The position numbers and the translations under genes are program-made. A stretch of DNA of 64,000 bases. It comes from Bacilli bacterium. GTDB taxonomy: Bacteria; Bacillota_I; Bacilli_A; RFN20; CAG-826. Of this stretch, positions 8,120 through 17,819 are shown in pieces. The notes beneath the pieces were generated by a model. It did not search any database, was not told the DNA's origin, and saw only the letters and a list, made by a program, of their open reading frames with translations. The stretch lies in the NCBI GenBank assembly GCA_024409055.1, contig JAKSUL010000003.1:16829-80828 (forward strand), written 5' to 3'. Every line of letters begins with the position of its first letter. Position 1 is the stretch's first letter.

Positions 8120-9722
8120 GGAATTCCTCCTTGTATTTCACTGCATCATCAATAACTTCTTTGACTTTGCCAAAGCTCTTCTCGATTGTTCCATCAACCA
8201 AACAAAGAGTTGGAATGATACTCTTTCTATATGGGGCCTTCGTGGTTGGGTTTATGCCCAATTCGTGAGTGCCTGTTGATAAGCGTGAGAAATCACCCAA
8301 GCAAAGATGAGAGAACTCCCTCGAGTAATCTCCAAACATATTTTCGTCCGGCCTATCGTGATAATGCATATCGCCATCGGTATGCCCGCTTTGAAAAAGT
8401 GGCATAGCTTTGGCGCAGCCGTCGTAATATCCTTCGCCAGAAACAAGGAAATCTTTCTTGATCGTGCGAAGTCGCGCGCAAAGTTCAATCAAGCCGTCGT
8501 AATGTTTGCGGTTTCTATCGTTGACGTGGCAAGCGGCGATATCGAGGAAAGCGGCATCGAATCCATATTTATCGGTGGCCGTTTTGATCTGATTAAACAA
8601 ATAGTCTTGGTATTCCTTCACGCCAACATTCAATTGATACATGAAAGAATCGTCGTAGTGGTGAGCGCCTTCCCAGTCAACGGAACCGGAATGGAAGTGG
8701 CCTCCGCCGCAAGTATAGAACTCGGCCGGTTTGCCCCATTTTTCGTATCCGTATGTGTTGTTATTGACGATGGTCATGCCATACATCGCCATGACTCGCA
8801 CTCCTTTTTCGTGCAGCGAGTTCACCATATCAAGAAGGCCCTCTTCTCCGCCAAGCCTATCGTCAGGGGTGTAGTTTCCGTATTTGAAGTAATAACGGCC
8901 CTCCCATCCTGGTAAATAAACCAAAATGTGTTTCCCGTCGATATGCTCAGTCAATTTAAGGATGTCTTCCTTTGCTTTTTGATAAGTGTGGAAGACTTTT
9001 CCTGTGTAGGCTTCCATATGACAAATAACGACCAAAGAGACATCTCTAAACCAAGCGGGGACATCCTCGCGTTTTTCATATTTGACCAAATCGTAAGTTT
9101 TTCTGATGTATTCGTTTTGTTCCTCGTAAACGTTCTTGAGATTGTCTGTGAAATAAACCTCGATGTCCGGGGACGCAATTTTATTCGAAACAGCCGTGGC
9201 GTCTTCTTCGTAAACAACGTCGACGCGCATCTTGCCTTCTTTGGCCCTCATGTAGAAGATGTGGGTCTTAACCTTATCCGCTAAAGAACGAATGACTAAA
9301 TAACGGCCGTTGCAATCGAAAACTAGTAAAGGAGTTTGAAGTCCTCTCCAGCCTTCTGGGTAGGTCAATTGAAGTCCGTTTTCGTCGATTTGCTTATCAA
9401 AGTCGATGGTGGACAAAAGCTTCCCAATCGGAAGACCGTCTATTCTGAGTTTTATAGACCTAACGTTTTGTTCTAATTCACCAGAAACAGACAATACGTG
9501 TTTGCCGTTTTCTTTTTTATGGGAAAGCGAAACGTTCCCTTTAACGAACTCCTCATCGCCCCAAACAATCCTGTTGGACGTTAGGGTGTTTCCTTTTTTC
9601 TCATAAGATCCTTTGACTGGGAAATATAAGTTTTCGAAGGAAAAGACCTCGACGGAAGCTTGAAAATCTTCAAAGTCGATGTGGTCAGTTTGGATTGGGT
9701 ATGAAAGTTCCTGCATTCTCAT
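8109..9722 (-). CDS. Cytoplasmic protein of unknown family, possibly a TIM-barrel glycoside-hydrolase-like enzyme
   Basis: It has no signal peptide and sits inside the sugar operon. Segments such as YLPGWEGRYYFKYGNYTPDDRLGGEEGLLDMVNSLHEKGVRVMAMYG and YGFDAAFLDIAAC resemble (beta/alpha)8 GH-like families. I recognise no family signature. Confidence 0.35.
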   Translation of the reverse strand: MRMQELSYPIQTDHIDFEDFQASVEVFSFENLYFPVKGSYEKKGNTLTSNRIVWGDEEFVKGNVSLSHKKENGKHVLSVSGELEQNVRSIKLRIDGLPIGKLLSTIDFDKQIDENGLQLTYPEGWRGLQTPLLVFDCNGRYLVIRSLADKVKTHIFYMRAKEGKMRVDVVYEEDATAVSNKIASPDIEVYFTDNLKNVYEEQNEYIRKTYDLVKYEKREDVPAWFRDVSLVVICHMEAYTGKVFHTYQKAKEDILKLTEHIDGKHILVYLPGWEGRYYFKYGNYTPDDRLGGEEGLLDMVNSLHEKGVRVMAMYGMTIVNNNTYGYEKWGKPAEFYTCGGGHFHSGSVDWEGAHHYDDSFMYQLNVGVKEYQDYLFNQIKTATDKYGFDAAFLDIAACHVNDRNRKHYDGLIELCARLRTIKKDFLVSGEGYYDGCAKAMPLFQSGHTDGDMHYHDRPDENMFGDYSREFSHLCLGDFSRLSTGTHELGINPTTKAPYRKSIIPTLCLVDGTIEKSFGKVKEVIDDAVKYKEEFLDD

Positions 9723-9724
9723 TG

Positions 9725-11077
9725 TTATTCACCAATGTACTTAATGTCGACATAGTCGATTTGATAAATGTGTTCGCCTTGAGCGTCAGAAGCGGCCATA
9801 TTGACGCAATAAATGTAGTTCTTGTCGAACTCCAAATTGATTGTGCATTTCGCAGTCGCCACCTCAACGCGATCCCAACCAGAGGTCATCGGGAGAGCGA
9901 TTGTGCTTCCTTCCATCCTCTTGAAATCAGCTGAGTGAGCTAAATCAATCGGTTCCATAGAAGTGGTGAAGAAGGAGGCAACGCATCCGCTCATAGCTGT
10001 CGCATAAGCGATCGTTACTTCATATTTGCCGGCCTTCTTGGCGTTGAATTGCCATTCGACTCCGTCATAATTCGAGTCGAGGTTTCCCATCAAATATCCA
10101 TTTGAGAATTTAAAGTCGTCATGAGCTTTAATGCATGGGTTTTTGCACTCGAAGACGTTGTTGTCTTTGTTCTTGTGACGCGGAGATCCCATCTCGGCCT
10201 CAAGTCTCCAACGGGCTGGCTCATCTCCATATTCCTTCAAGTCGGTCGGATTATAGGTTTTGCCATTTCCTTTTAAAACGAAGTAGTCCATCTCGACGAA
10301 TGAACCATAGTTGTCGTAAGCGTCTCCCTCTTTGCAGACCATGATCGTGTTCCAGCCTTTAACAAGATTGATATAAACCTTGGAAAGGTCGGGGTTGAAC
10401 ATGCCTTCTCCGCCATATCCTGTATTCTTCGTGCATACGAATTTCGTTTGGAATTCGCCGTTCACATAAACAGCCAAATGGCCAGGAACTTGTTCAGCTA
10501 AGTAATAAAGATCAAATTCAAATCTATCAGTCATTGGGCAGAGGTAATTGATGAACACGCCCTGTCCACAATCATCGATTCCACCGACGTAAGCTCCGCC
10601 ATGAGCAAGCGGGTTATTTCTGAAGTTGGAATTATTGCCTTTTCCGGTTCCGAAGTTAGCTAAGTAATCTTCGGCTTCGAACAAAACGTCCTCCATAACG
10701 ACGTCTAGAACAAACTCGATAGAAGACGGCTCGCCACGTCTAGAACCAATGAATCCGTATACTGAAACCTTAATTTCACCAGATAGCCCGAGGTCGTTGA
10801 CATCGATTTCGGTCTCGGTGATGTTGGCGTCAACGGCTAACTCCCCGTTCATATAGAAAGAGACGTGATATCCATCGACCCCTTCAATGGGACTATAGGA
10901 AACTATTCCAGTTTCCTCATTGAAAGCGAGGTTTTGGATCTTTCCGATTCCTTGGTCATAGGATGAAGTTCCGGGATTAGAGGAACCTCCGCTTTGCTGA
11001 GATGAGCCATTGCCTCCGCATGACACCATGGTCAATGCAGCAAGCGCCGGAGCTAAGAATTTTAGGAATTTTTTCAT
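9725..11077 (-). CDS. Lipoprotein with an Fn3-like module and two CBM6/CBM35-like modules
   Basis: Lipobox TMVSCGGNG. Modules FEAEDYLANFG...HGGAYVGGIDDCGQGVFINY and RLEAEMGSPRH... It is paralogous to 1770..2909. Confidence 0.55.
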   Translation of the reverse strand: MKKFLKFLAPALAALTMVSCGGNGSSQQSGGSSNPGTSSYDQGIGKIQNLAFNEETGIVSYSPIEGVDGYHVSFYMNGELAVDANITETEIDVNDLGLSGEIKVSVYGFIGSRRGEPSSIEFVLDVVMEDVLFEAEDYLANFGTGKGNNSNFRNNPLAHGGAYVGGIDDCGQGVFINYLCPMTDRFEFDLYYLAEQVPGHLAVYVNGEFQTKFVCTKNTGYGGEGMFNPDLSKVYINLVKGWNTIMVCKEGDAYDNYGSFVEMDYFVLKGNGKTYNPTDLKEYGDEPARWRLEAEMGSPRHKNKDNNVFECKNPCIKAHDDFKFSNGYLMGNLDSNYDGVEWQFNAKKAGKYEVTIAYATAMSGCVASFFTTSMEPIDLAHSADFKRMEGSTIALPMTSGWDRVEVATAKCTINLEFDKNYIYCVNMAASDAQGEHIYQIDYVDIKYIGE

Positions 11078-11089
11078 ATACGTCTCCTT

Positions 11090-12052
11090 TTATTTAATTA
11101 AATGAACTTCGTATTTAGTTTTTACGCATTCAAATTCGTCATCTTCTTTTTTTATTAGTTCGACAATCAAATCGATCGCATCACTAACCATTTTTTCGTA
11201 ATCCCCAGATATAGAAGGGAACAATGTGTATTCAATCGGCATGAACGGGAATTGACCGATTCCGTTAAACCCAACAACATCAACTCCTTCATTCGGGTGA
11301 GCCCACCTTACTCTAGAAGCTAATTGGTCGTCGAAGGCAAACACCCCTTTATATCCTTTTTTAAGAAGCGCCGTGAATTCAGGGTCGAAGTCATCGGTAT
11401 TGATCGTTTCGTATTGAAGGCCATGCTCATCACAATATTTGGCAAAGCCGCCAAGTCTATATTTATTAACTTCGTCAATCCCACCAGCCACATAAACCAG
11501 TTTTTCATGGCCTTGTTCGTGGAGATATTTAGCGGCTATGTATCCGCCTTGAACGTCATCTGTATAAATAACGTTGATGTTTTTGTTATCGCATCCTCTT
11601 CCGAATAGAAGGATTGGCCTTGAGGAAATGGCCGCCGTTTCGATAGCGTCGACTTTAGGAATTGGGAACGTGATGATTCCGGCAACGCCAGCGGCCAACG
11701 CGGCTTTGACATCCTCTTTTTCGGTATAAACGTGGTCGATTGGAATTAAGGAAAGGGTGAACCCTTTTTCTTTGATTCTCCTAGCCATCATTTCGACGAC
11801 AAGGGAGAAATAGGGAGAAACCAAAGAGTCGACGAAAATAGCAATGATATTGGAGCGGCCGGTAGACAAAGACTTTGCAAATTGGTTAGGAGTGTATTTA
11901 AGCTCAATGGCTTTTTGTCTAACTTTCGCTTTTAAAGCCTCCCCAATATCGGGTGCGTCGTTCAAAGCCCTCGAAACGGTCGTCAAAGAGACGCCTAGTT
12001 CGATGGCTATATGCTTTAGCCCTACTTGGTTTTTCACATTTTTAATTATCAT
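11090..12052 (-). CDS. LacI-family transcriptional repressor
   Basis: N-terminal HTH LKHIAIELGVSLTTVSRALNDAPDIGEALKAKVRQKAIELKYTPNQFAKSL, followed by a periplasmic-binding-protein-like sugar domain. Confidence 0.9.
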   Translation of the reverse strand: MIIKNVKNQVGLKHIAIELGVSLTTVSRALNDAPDIGEALKAKVRQKAIELKYTPNQFAKSLSTGRSNIIAIFVDSLVSPYFSLVVEMMARRIKEKGFTLSLIPIDHVYTEKEDVKAALAAGVAGIITFPIPKVDAIETAAISSRPILLFGRGCDNKNINVIYTDDVQGGYIAAKYLHEQGHEKLVYVAGGIDEVNKYRLGGFAKYCDEHGLQYETINTDDFDPEFTALLKKGYKGVFAFDDQLASRVRWAHPNEGVDVVGFNGIGQFPFMPIEYTLFPSISGDYEKMVSDAIDLIVELIKKEDDEFECVKTKYEVHLIK

Positions 12053-12076
12053 TAAAGAAACAAAAAATGCAAAATT

Positions 12077-12094
12077 TACTTTAGCGTTAAAGTA
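12077..12094. promoter_or_regulatory. Candidate LacI operator (7-4-7 inverted repeat)
   Basis: TACTTTA-GCGT-TAAAGTA lies 25 nt upstream of the lacI-family start. The 9-mer ACTTTAGCG recurs at 12151-12159. Confidence 0.35.
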
Positions 12095-12150
12095 ACAAAA
12101 TGTTTCGATAACATCGCATGTTTTGTTATGCCTTAGAAATAATAAAAGTA

Positions 12151-12166
12151 ACTTTAGCGCTTATGT
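12151..12166. promoter_or_regulatory. Second, imperfect candidate operator
   Basis: ACTTTAGCGCTTATGT, of which 12 of 16 positions are dyad-symmetric around a central GC|GC. It shares ACTTTAGCG with the first site. Confidence 0.25.
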
Positions 12167-12294
12167 GAATATTAATAATTCACTTTTAATTCGATGAAAC
12201 CTAAGATTTTGTTCAAAAAACTACATAAAGACACCAAAAAATAATCAGGCGTCAAAAATGTCATGAGAAAACTCATTTTCAACCGTAGTTAGAC

Positions 12295-13227
12295 TCAATG
12301 GTTCTTCTTTGTCTGATACGTAATCTTGATTCCTTGCGGATAATCTCCGAACTTCGGTCCGAAAAGGTTGATGCCACCAGGATATGTGCAGTCCCGTTTA
12401 TTGCCAATTTTCAAAACTGGATTAGGCCTTTTTAAATCCAAATCCTTTATTGTGACTTTCGCGTTGACCAAAACACCGTTTCGATAAACGCCTCTTTCGT
12501 TGACATGGATAGTGTTGAGTTCTCCAAACTGTGTGTAAAAAGAAATATACCAATCAGGATTAAGCAAACCATGACGTCCGCCGAAATCCCCCGGGCATCT
12601 ATATGTCAACAATTCCAAATCATTAATAAAAACAGATATATCGGACTTGTATTCGTTATCATAAGCCGAAGTTTCGCTGCAAGCCTCGAACGAAATCACA
12701 ATTGATTCCAATTCAGCTTCTTCGTTTCTTAATGGATACGAAATTAGCCCTCTCCTAGTGGATATTAGCTGCGCTTTTGATTTATCAAAATCATAGAGAT
12801 TCTTGACGTTAATATTAAGTTCTTCTCTCTCGGAAAAAGCATGGAATGAATCTAATAAATATTCGATCTTTGTATATGCACCAACGGGTATCTCGTAGTC
12901 CAATTTGTTGACTATTACCGTATTCTGCAAATCGTTCCTGAAGAACACCAGATTAATCTCGTTAAGGGTGGGGTGAAATTTCAAAGAGCTGGACAGATGC
13001 TCACTGTAAATCAACCCTGCTTCTTCCAATATTTTTGCGTGAAAAATGACGTTTGAATTCGGTATATTCAATTTCTTCGCCAAGGTCGTTACCGAATTAA
13101 TCCCATCATGAATGGCAGAAAGCATGTCTATTCTTTTCTCGTTCGACAAAGCTAAACCAATGTTTTGGAGACGCCTTTTATTGTCATCTGAAAGGATTAA
13201 ATTCCTGCTGTTTTCATACGATTCCAT
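12295..13227 (-). CDS. ArsR-type winged-helix regulator with an uncharacterised ~200-aa C-terminal domain
   Basis: The wHTH is LSNEKRIDMLSAIHDGINSVTTLAKKLNIPNSNVIFHAKILEEAGLI. The C-terminal domain contains CPGDFGGRHGLLNPDWY. The gene is divergent from the 13313 operon. Confidence 0.6.
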   Translation of the reverse strand: MESYENSRNLILSDDNKRRLQNIGLALSNEKRIDMLSAIHDGINSVTTLAKKLNIPNSNVIFHAKILEEAGLIYSEHLSSSLKFHPTLNEINLVFFRNDLQNTVIVNKLDYEIPVGAYTKIEYLLDSFHAFSEREELNINVKNLYDFDKSKAQLISTRRGLISYPLRNEEAELESIVISFEACSETSAYDNEYKSDISVFINDLELLTYRCPGDFGGRHGLLNPDWYISFYTQFGELNTIHVNERGVYRNGVLVNAKVTIKDLDLKRPNPVLKIGNKRDCTYPGGINLFGPKFGDYPQGIKITYQTKKNH

Positions 13228-13312
13228 ACTAGTATTGGATATTATACCAACTCACTAAACAAATACAGGTTTTTATACTTAGAACTCAATACAATGAAAT
13301 TGAGGTATCTTC

Positions 13313-15418
13313 ATGAGAAAAGAATTATTTGTACTTCTCCCTATTTCCTTGCTGTCAGTGGGATTAGTGGGTGTTTTTGCTGGGCTATCCGCCAAAGACG
13401 AAACATTGGCCGCCAGCGGCGATAGTTATTCGCTAACAATCAATTATCTGAAAAGGAGCGACGGAAGCGTTGCCGCACCTCAATACGTCAAAACGTTGAG
13501 GGAAGGAGCCAAATATAGTGTCGCTTCGCCAACCGTTTCAGGATTAATCCCAGTTCAAGAATCCGTGAAAGGAAGAATTTACGAGAGTCTAAATGTTAAC
13601 GTCTACTACGATACATATGATACGTGGGACGGAACTTCTTCCGCTTCCTTGGCAGGCAACGGAACCGCAGAATCGCCATACTTAATACAAAGTGCGGAAG
13701 ATCTCGCATACGTATCATCGAATAGCGCCTCGAAAACAGCATTTCAGGGTCAATATTTCAAAATGACAACCTCCGTTGATATGAGCGGACACGAATGGGA
13801 GGCTATAGCTACCGGCAACCATGGAAAAGGAGTTGGTTCATTCGTCTCCTGGTTCTGTGGAAATTTCGACGGGGACAATCACGCGATTGCAAACCTAACA
13901 ATTAACGCAACCTCAACAATTCACGGTTTGTTTTCTGGTGTCAAAGATTCAACCATCGAAAATCTATATCTATCGGGAAGCGTAACAGGGGCCAGCAGAA
14001 TAGGCTCGGTCGCTTATGTCGTTAATGGCAATTCCACCATCAGAAACGTCCATTCAACCATGTCATTGACAACAACGAACGCAACAGACGGTTTAAGTGG
14101 TGGTATTTTTGGAATCACATATACGGCCACTGGTACGGTGCTTGCCGACAATTGTTCATATAGCGGAACTATCACGGCAGGCGGAACATACATTGGCGGA
14201 ATCGCGGGCGGACACAACAACAAAGGCTTTACAGTCAAAAATTGCATCAATAACGGCAAAGTCACAGCCAAAGGAACCTGTGGCGGAATCGTCGGTGGCA
14301 GCAGTAAATCAGTCATCATAGAAAACTCCCAAAATTATGGGGACATAAAAGGAACAACGGCCGATAACACCAGCTATGTCGGTGGCATCGTTGGTTATTT
14401 AAGTGCCGACCTCGGAAGCGCTACTGACGTCAGCAATTATGGTGATGTTTTCGGTGTCGGGTGCCTTGGTGGAATCATCGGAAGCGGCAATAACAAAAAC
14501 CACACATTGGCCAATGCGATAAATAAAGGCGACATCACAGGCACTGGCTCCAAAGTTGCCGGCATCGCTGGAGCAGGCGGCGGAATGACCGTCAGCACGG
14601 CCACCAACTACGGCAGTATCAAAGGCACCAGTAGCGTTGGAGGCATATCTGGAGAGATCAACAACAGCGCCGTTTATTCTGACTTAAATAATTACGGAAA
14701 CTTAGACGCAATAAACTCCGGGGCTTATAACGGATTAATCACCGGTTATCATGGCATTGGTTCAACAATTGCCATCAACCCAAACAACGTTATAAAAGGA
14801 ACTTTGCTTGTAAATGGTGTCCAATCGACAAGGGCCTTTGGCTACACAAACTGCGTCGAGATCGCCAAATACTACAACGGAAAGATTGTTGGATATGAAG
14901 CTGTCCAGCCCGGGGAAACATACACCCCGACGCCAATCACGCCTGACGTAGAAAGCGGATATCAGGTTTCACCTTGGTTTATGGAAAGTAGCTTAGAGAA
15001 TAAGTATGCCCCAAGCGCATATGGCACAGCCGGCACCAACGGGCAGAACAAACTTCTCATCAGCATCTACTCTCGATCAACAAGGACATATTCGAAACTC
15101 TTGTCCGATTTAGAAACAGCTGATACGTGCACAGAATATAACTTAGTCGATGGTTTCAGAGCCGACATCTCTTTACTTAGCGATGCAGAGCAAACAAGTA
15201 TACTTCAGGAAACCGTTGACGAGTCTTGCACAGTGGAAGAGAAACTCAATTATATGGATTATCTAAAATCGTTAAACTCGGCCAAATATTCAAATTCGAT
15301 TCTTCCTTTGGCGAGTGAAAACAGCACTCTCATCATCGAATCATTGATGATCGGAGCGGCCATTATCGCAAGTGTGATCGCCTTTGTCGTTTACACCAAT
15401 GTCAAACATGAAAAATAA
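13313..15418 (+). CDS. Large surface protein with GLUG-motif repeats, an N-terminal signal/anchor and a C-terminal TM anchor
   Basis: RBS GAGG lies 8 nt upstream. An N-terminal MucBP-like module (YSLTINYLKRSDGSVAAP...VNVYY) is followed by GNGTAESPYLIQSAEDLAYV and then many GGI(V/A/I)G repeats (GGIFG, GGIAGG, GGIVGG, GGIIGSG, AGIAGAG, GGISGE). The C-terminus is hydrophobic (IGAAIIASVIAFVVY) with a KHEK tail. Confidence 0.65.
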   Translation: MRKELFVLLPISLLSVGLVGVFAGLSAKDETLAASGDSYSLTINYLKRSDGSVAAPQYVKTLREGAKYSVASPTVSGLIPVQESVKGRIYESLNVNVYYDTYDTWDGTSSASLAGNGTAESPYLIQSAEDLAYVSSNSASKTAFQGQYFKMTTSVDMSGHEWEAIATGNHGKGVGSFVSWFCGNFDGDNHAIANLTINATSTIHGLFSGVKDSTIENLYLSGSVTGASRIGSVAYVVNGNSTIRNVHSTMSLTTTNATDGLSGGIFGITYTATGTVLADNCSYSGTITAGGTYIGGIAGGHNNKGFTVKNCINNGKVTAKGTCGGIVGGSSKSVIIENSQNYGDIKGTTADNTSYVGGIVGYLSADLGSATDVSNYGDVFGVGCLGGIIGSGNNKNHTLANAINKGDITGTGSKVAGIAGAGGGMTVSTATNYGSIKGTSSVGGISGEINNSAVYSDLNNYGNLDAINSGAYNGLITGYHGIGSTIAINPNNVIKGTLLVNGVQSTRAFGYTNCVEIAKYYNGKIVGYEAVQPGETYTPTPITPDVESGYQVSPWFMESSLENKYAPSAYGTAGTNGQNKLLISIYSRSTRTYSKLLSDLETADTCTEYNLVDGFRADISLLSDAEQTSILQETVDESCTVEEKLNYMDYLKSLNSAKYSNSILPLASENSTLIIESLMIGAAIIASVIAFVVYTNVKHEK

Positions 15419-16049
15419 ATTGGTGTTATTGGGCTTGATGGCCGTCCTCCTCGTTCCGGATTCCTTTACCCCAACCCACAAATCATTCAACAAAAATTTG
15501 GTGAAAACGCCAGAAATATGGTTCCCGGAAATTAAGAATTTTGATGATATCGAGCCCGATTTGCAGTCAGTTGACCCAGATATCTACAACTTTCAAATGT
15601 GGACGACAAAAAACGGCATTTATATTTATGCCGTTCAAACAACCGACACATTGAAAACCGACGATTCAGAACGATGGAAAAACACCCATTTCGAATGCGA
15701 AATATGGAACAATGATTTCGGATACGGATGGGAAGGAACCTACGTCGCTTTGTTTCTAGACGATACCTTTTATTTAAATAATTGGGATAACGTTCGCGGC
15801 ATTTATTATTTGAAATCAACATCGACCACGGAAAACGTGACGACCATCAAATACTATTTTTATGTCGAGTTTCCCAACAACGCATTAAACAAAGATCCGT
15901 CATACGCGTACATAAAACCATATCAATTTATGCCGGGCGTCATCCCAACTAATTCCAGCGTAATAACAAGAGACGATCGTGTGCTCATAACTGGAGACGA
16001 GAAATCGTTTCAAGTCCACGAAACGATTGATAAATACATGACGGAGTGA
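15399..16049 (+). CDS. Secreted protein, possibly CBM9/DOMON-like
   Basis: Signal peptide MKNKLVLLGLMAVLLVP. The motif WKNTHFECEIWNNDFGYGW is present. The start is ambiguous: ATG at 15399 or 15408, while the track uses TTG 15384. It overlaps the end of the upstream gene. Confidence 0.4.
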   Translation: MSNMKNKLVLLGLMAVLLVPDSFTPTHKSFNKNLVKTPEIWFPEIKNFDDIEPDLQSVDPDIYNFQMWTTKNGIYIYAVQTTDTLKTDDSERWKNTHFECEIWNNDFGYGWEGTYVALFLDDTFYLNNWDNVRGIYYLKSTSTTENVTTIKYYFYVEFPNNALNKDPSYAYIKPYQFMPGVIPTNSSVITRDDRVLITGDEKSFQVHETIDKYMTE

Positions 16050-16052
16050 TTT

Positions 16053-17819
16053 ATGAAAAGGAAATTATTATCTTTAGTGGTCACTTTGGTCTCCGTAACA
16101 TCTTGTGGAGGAGCCGCCAATATTGAGGCCGGAAAAATGCAGGCCGAAGAAGAGGAAAGAGAAAATTCCTTCGTTTTCGATGCCAACTATAACGGTGCAG
16201 ATTTTTCTAATGGGGAATTGGCTTTTGTCCTCGATAAAGCCTTCGATGAAAGCATCGAAACTTTTGAAGCCTCAATCAAGTTAAGAAAAGATGCAAATGA
16301 AAGATCAATCATCTTTGGAAACTATTGTTACTACAACGATGTGTCCACAAGCAAAAACACGCAAAATTACGAGATAAATTCCGATGGAAATTTAAGAGTT
16401 TATTGGTGTGGTGCCAGCATAGTTTTCGATGAAATAGATTTTAGAACAGGCGAATGGATGCATATCACCGTTACGAGGAACAAAATCAGCAGTACTTCAT
16501 CTGATATTTCTTTGTATGTAAATGATGAATTGATGTCTACAAAAAACACATCTTTGAACGACGTCAAGCCAAACGGGTGGCGTCATCGTATAGGCGGAGA
16601 CGCTAGGGAAAACTCAACCAAATATCCTTTCTTAGGGGAAATCGCATCCATAACTTGCTACAACGTTGCTTTGGATGATTCGACCATTTTTGAGGATTTC
16701 GAAAACCCATATTCAATAAGCCATTTAAATAGAGGCGAAAATTTATTGTTTCATACAATCATCTCGCCGCTAAACGACATTTTAATCGATACGTCCATTC
16801 ATTCTAATTATGCAAGGGCCATGACTAATGACCTCTTTTACAATGAGCCGATGTATGAAACGGAGGATTATTCATTTGGTTTGGTCGGCGATACTCAAAT
16901 CCTCGCTCAATGGGCACCAGAAAACATCGATTGCTACAGCAATTGGGCAATAAATAACAAAGAGGAAAGGAAACTCCAAGCGATGCTTTATCTTGGCGAT
17001 TTAAGCAACGGAAGAGGAGACACCGAAACGGATGAGTGGAGGAGACAATGGGAAAATGCCTCTCGTTCAATGAGCCTTATGGACGGTAAGGTCCCTTATA
17101 TATTTGTTCCCGGCAATCACGACTACTTAAAGGATTCGACTTACAGAAATTTAGATGAATTCAATTCCTTTTATCCTTATTCCAAATTCTCACAGACTCC
17201 TTATTTCGCAGGAGCATATTGCGAAGGGCAAATGCAAAACACATATTACGAGTTCGAAATCTGTGGAATCAAATACTTAATATTGGCAATGGAATTCGGA
17301 CCAGATAATGATGTTTTGACATGGATGGATGACGTGATATACGACCATCCAGATTATAGAGTCATAGTTATGACCCACGGTTTCCTAGGTCCGAATGGTG
17401 AGCTATATAGCGATAAAAGTTATCTATCGGCATATTGGTATTTTTCGAGGCAGGGCATAGAGTGCAACAGTTCGAGTGACATGTGGAATCGCCATTTATG
17501 CAAACACCGTAATTTATTTATGGTTTTATGCGGACATTCCGTCACTGAAAGCGTGGCATGCAAGCTATTGGAAGGCGACAACGGAAACACCGTTATCTCA
17601 TTAAGACTTGACCCAAGCTATCTAATAGCGGGCGTCGGAGTCGATCCGGTGCTTGGGTTGATGAACTTCAACGAAAGCGCACATGAGGTTACGTTAAATT
17701 ACTTTTCGACTCAAAAAGGTCTTCTTTACAACATTCAAAACCAATACCGCATCAATTTCGAAACATATGAAATTCATACCGGGTCCTACTATTACCCAGG
17801 AAGGGAGATTTTAAGATGA
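16053..17819 (+). CDS. Lipoprotein with an N-terminal LamG/concanavalin-like domain fused to a calcineurin-like metallophosphoesterase
   Basis: Lipobox VTSCGG. The LamG_3-like stretch is GEWMHITVTRNK...LYVNDELMS...FLGEIASITCYNVAL. Metallophosphoesterase motifs: GLVGDTQ, LGDLSNG, PGNHDY, MTHGFL, LCGHS. Confidence 0.7.
   Translation: MKRKLLSLVVTLVSVTSCGGAANIEAGKMQAEEEERENSFVFDANYNGADFSNGELAFVLDKAFDESIETFEASIKLRKDANERSIIFGNYCYYNDVSTSKNTQNYEINSDGNLRVYWCGASIVFDEIDFRTGEWMHITVTRNKISSTSSDISLYVNDELMSTKNTSLNDVKPNGWRHRIGGDARENSTKYPFLGEIASITCYNVALDDSTIFEDFENPYSISHLNRGENLLFHTIISPLNDILIDTSIHSNYARAMTNDLFYNEPMYETEDYSFGLVGDTQILAQWAPENIDCYSNWAINNKEERKLQAMLYLGDLSNGRGDTETDEWRRQWENASRSMSLMDGKVPYIFVPGNHDYLKDSTYRNLDEFNSFYPYSKFSQTPYFAGAYCEGQMQNTYYEFEICGIKYLILAMEFGPDNDVLTWMDDVIYDHPDYRVIVMTHGFLGPNGELYSDKSYLSAYWYFSRQGIECNSSSDMWNRHLCKHRNLFMVLCGHSVTESVACKLLEGDNGNTVISLRLDPSYLIAGVGVDPVLGLMNFNESAHEVTLNYFSTQKGLLYNIQNQYRINFETYEIHTGSYYYPGREILR

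Noticed and set aside
15300-15418. Possible LPxTG-type sortase signal at the C-terminus of the GLUG protein (ILPLASENSTL, then a hydrophobic helix, then KHEK)
   Set aside because: The overall layout (motif, TM helix, basic tail) is reminiscent of a sorting signal. However, LPLAS does not match LPxTG or other sortase motifs I know, and no sortase gene is in the window. I treat it as a plain C-terminal membrane anchor.
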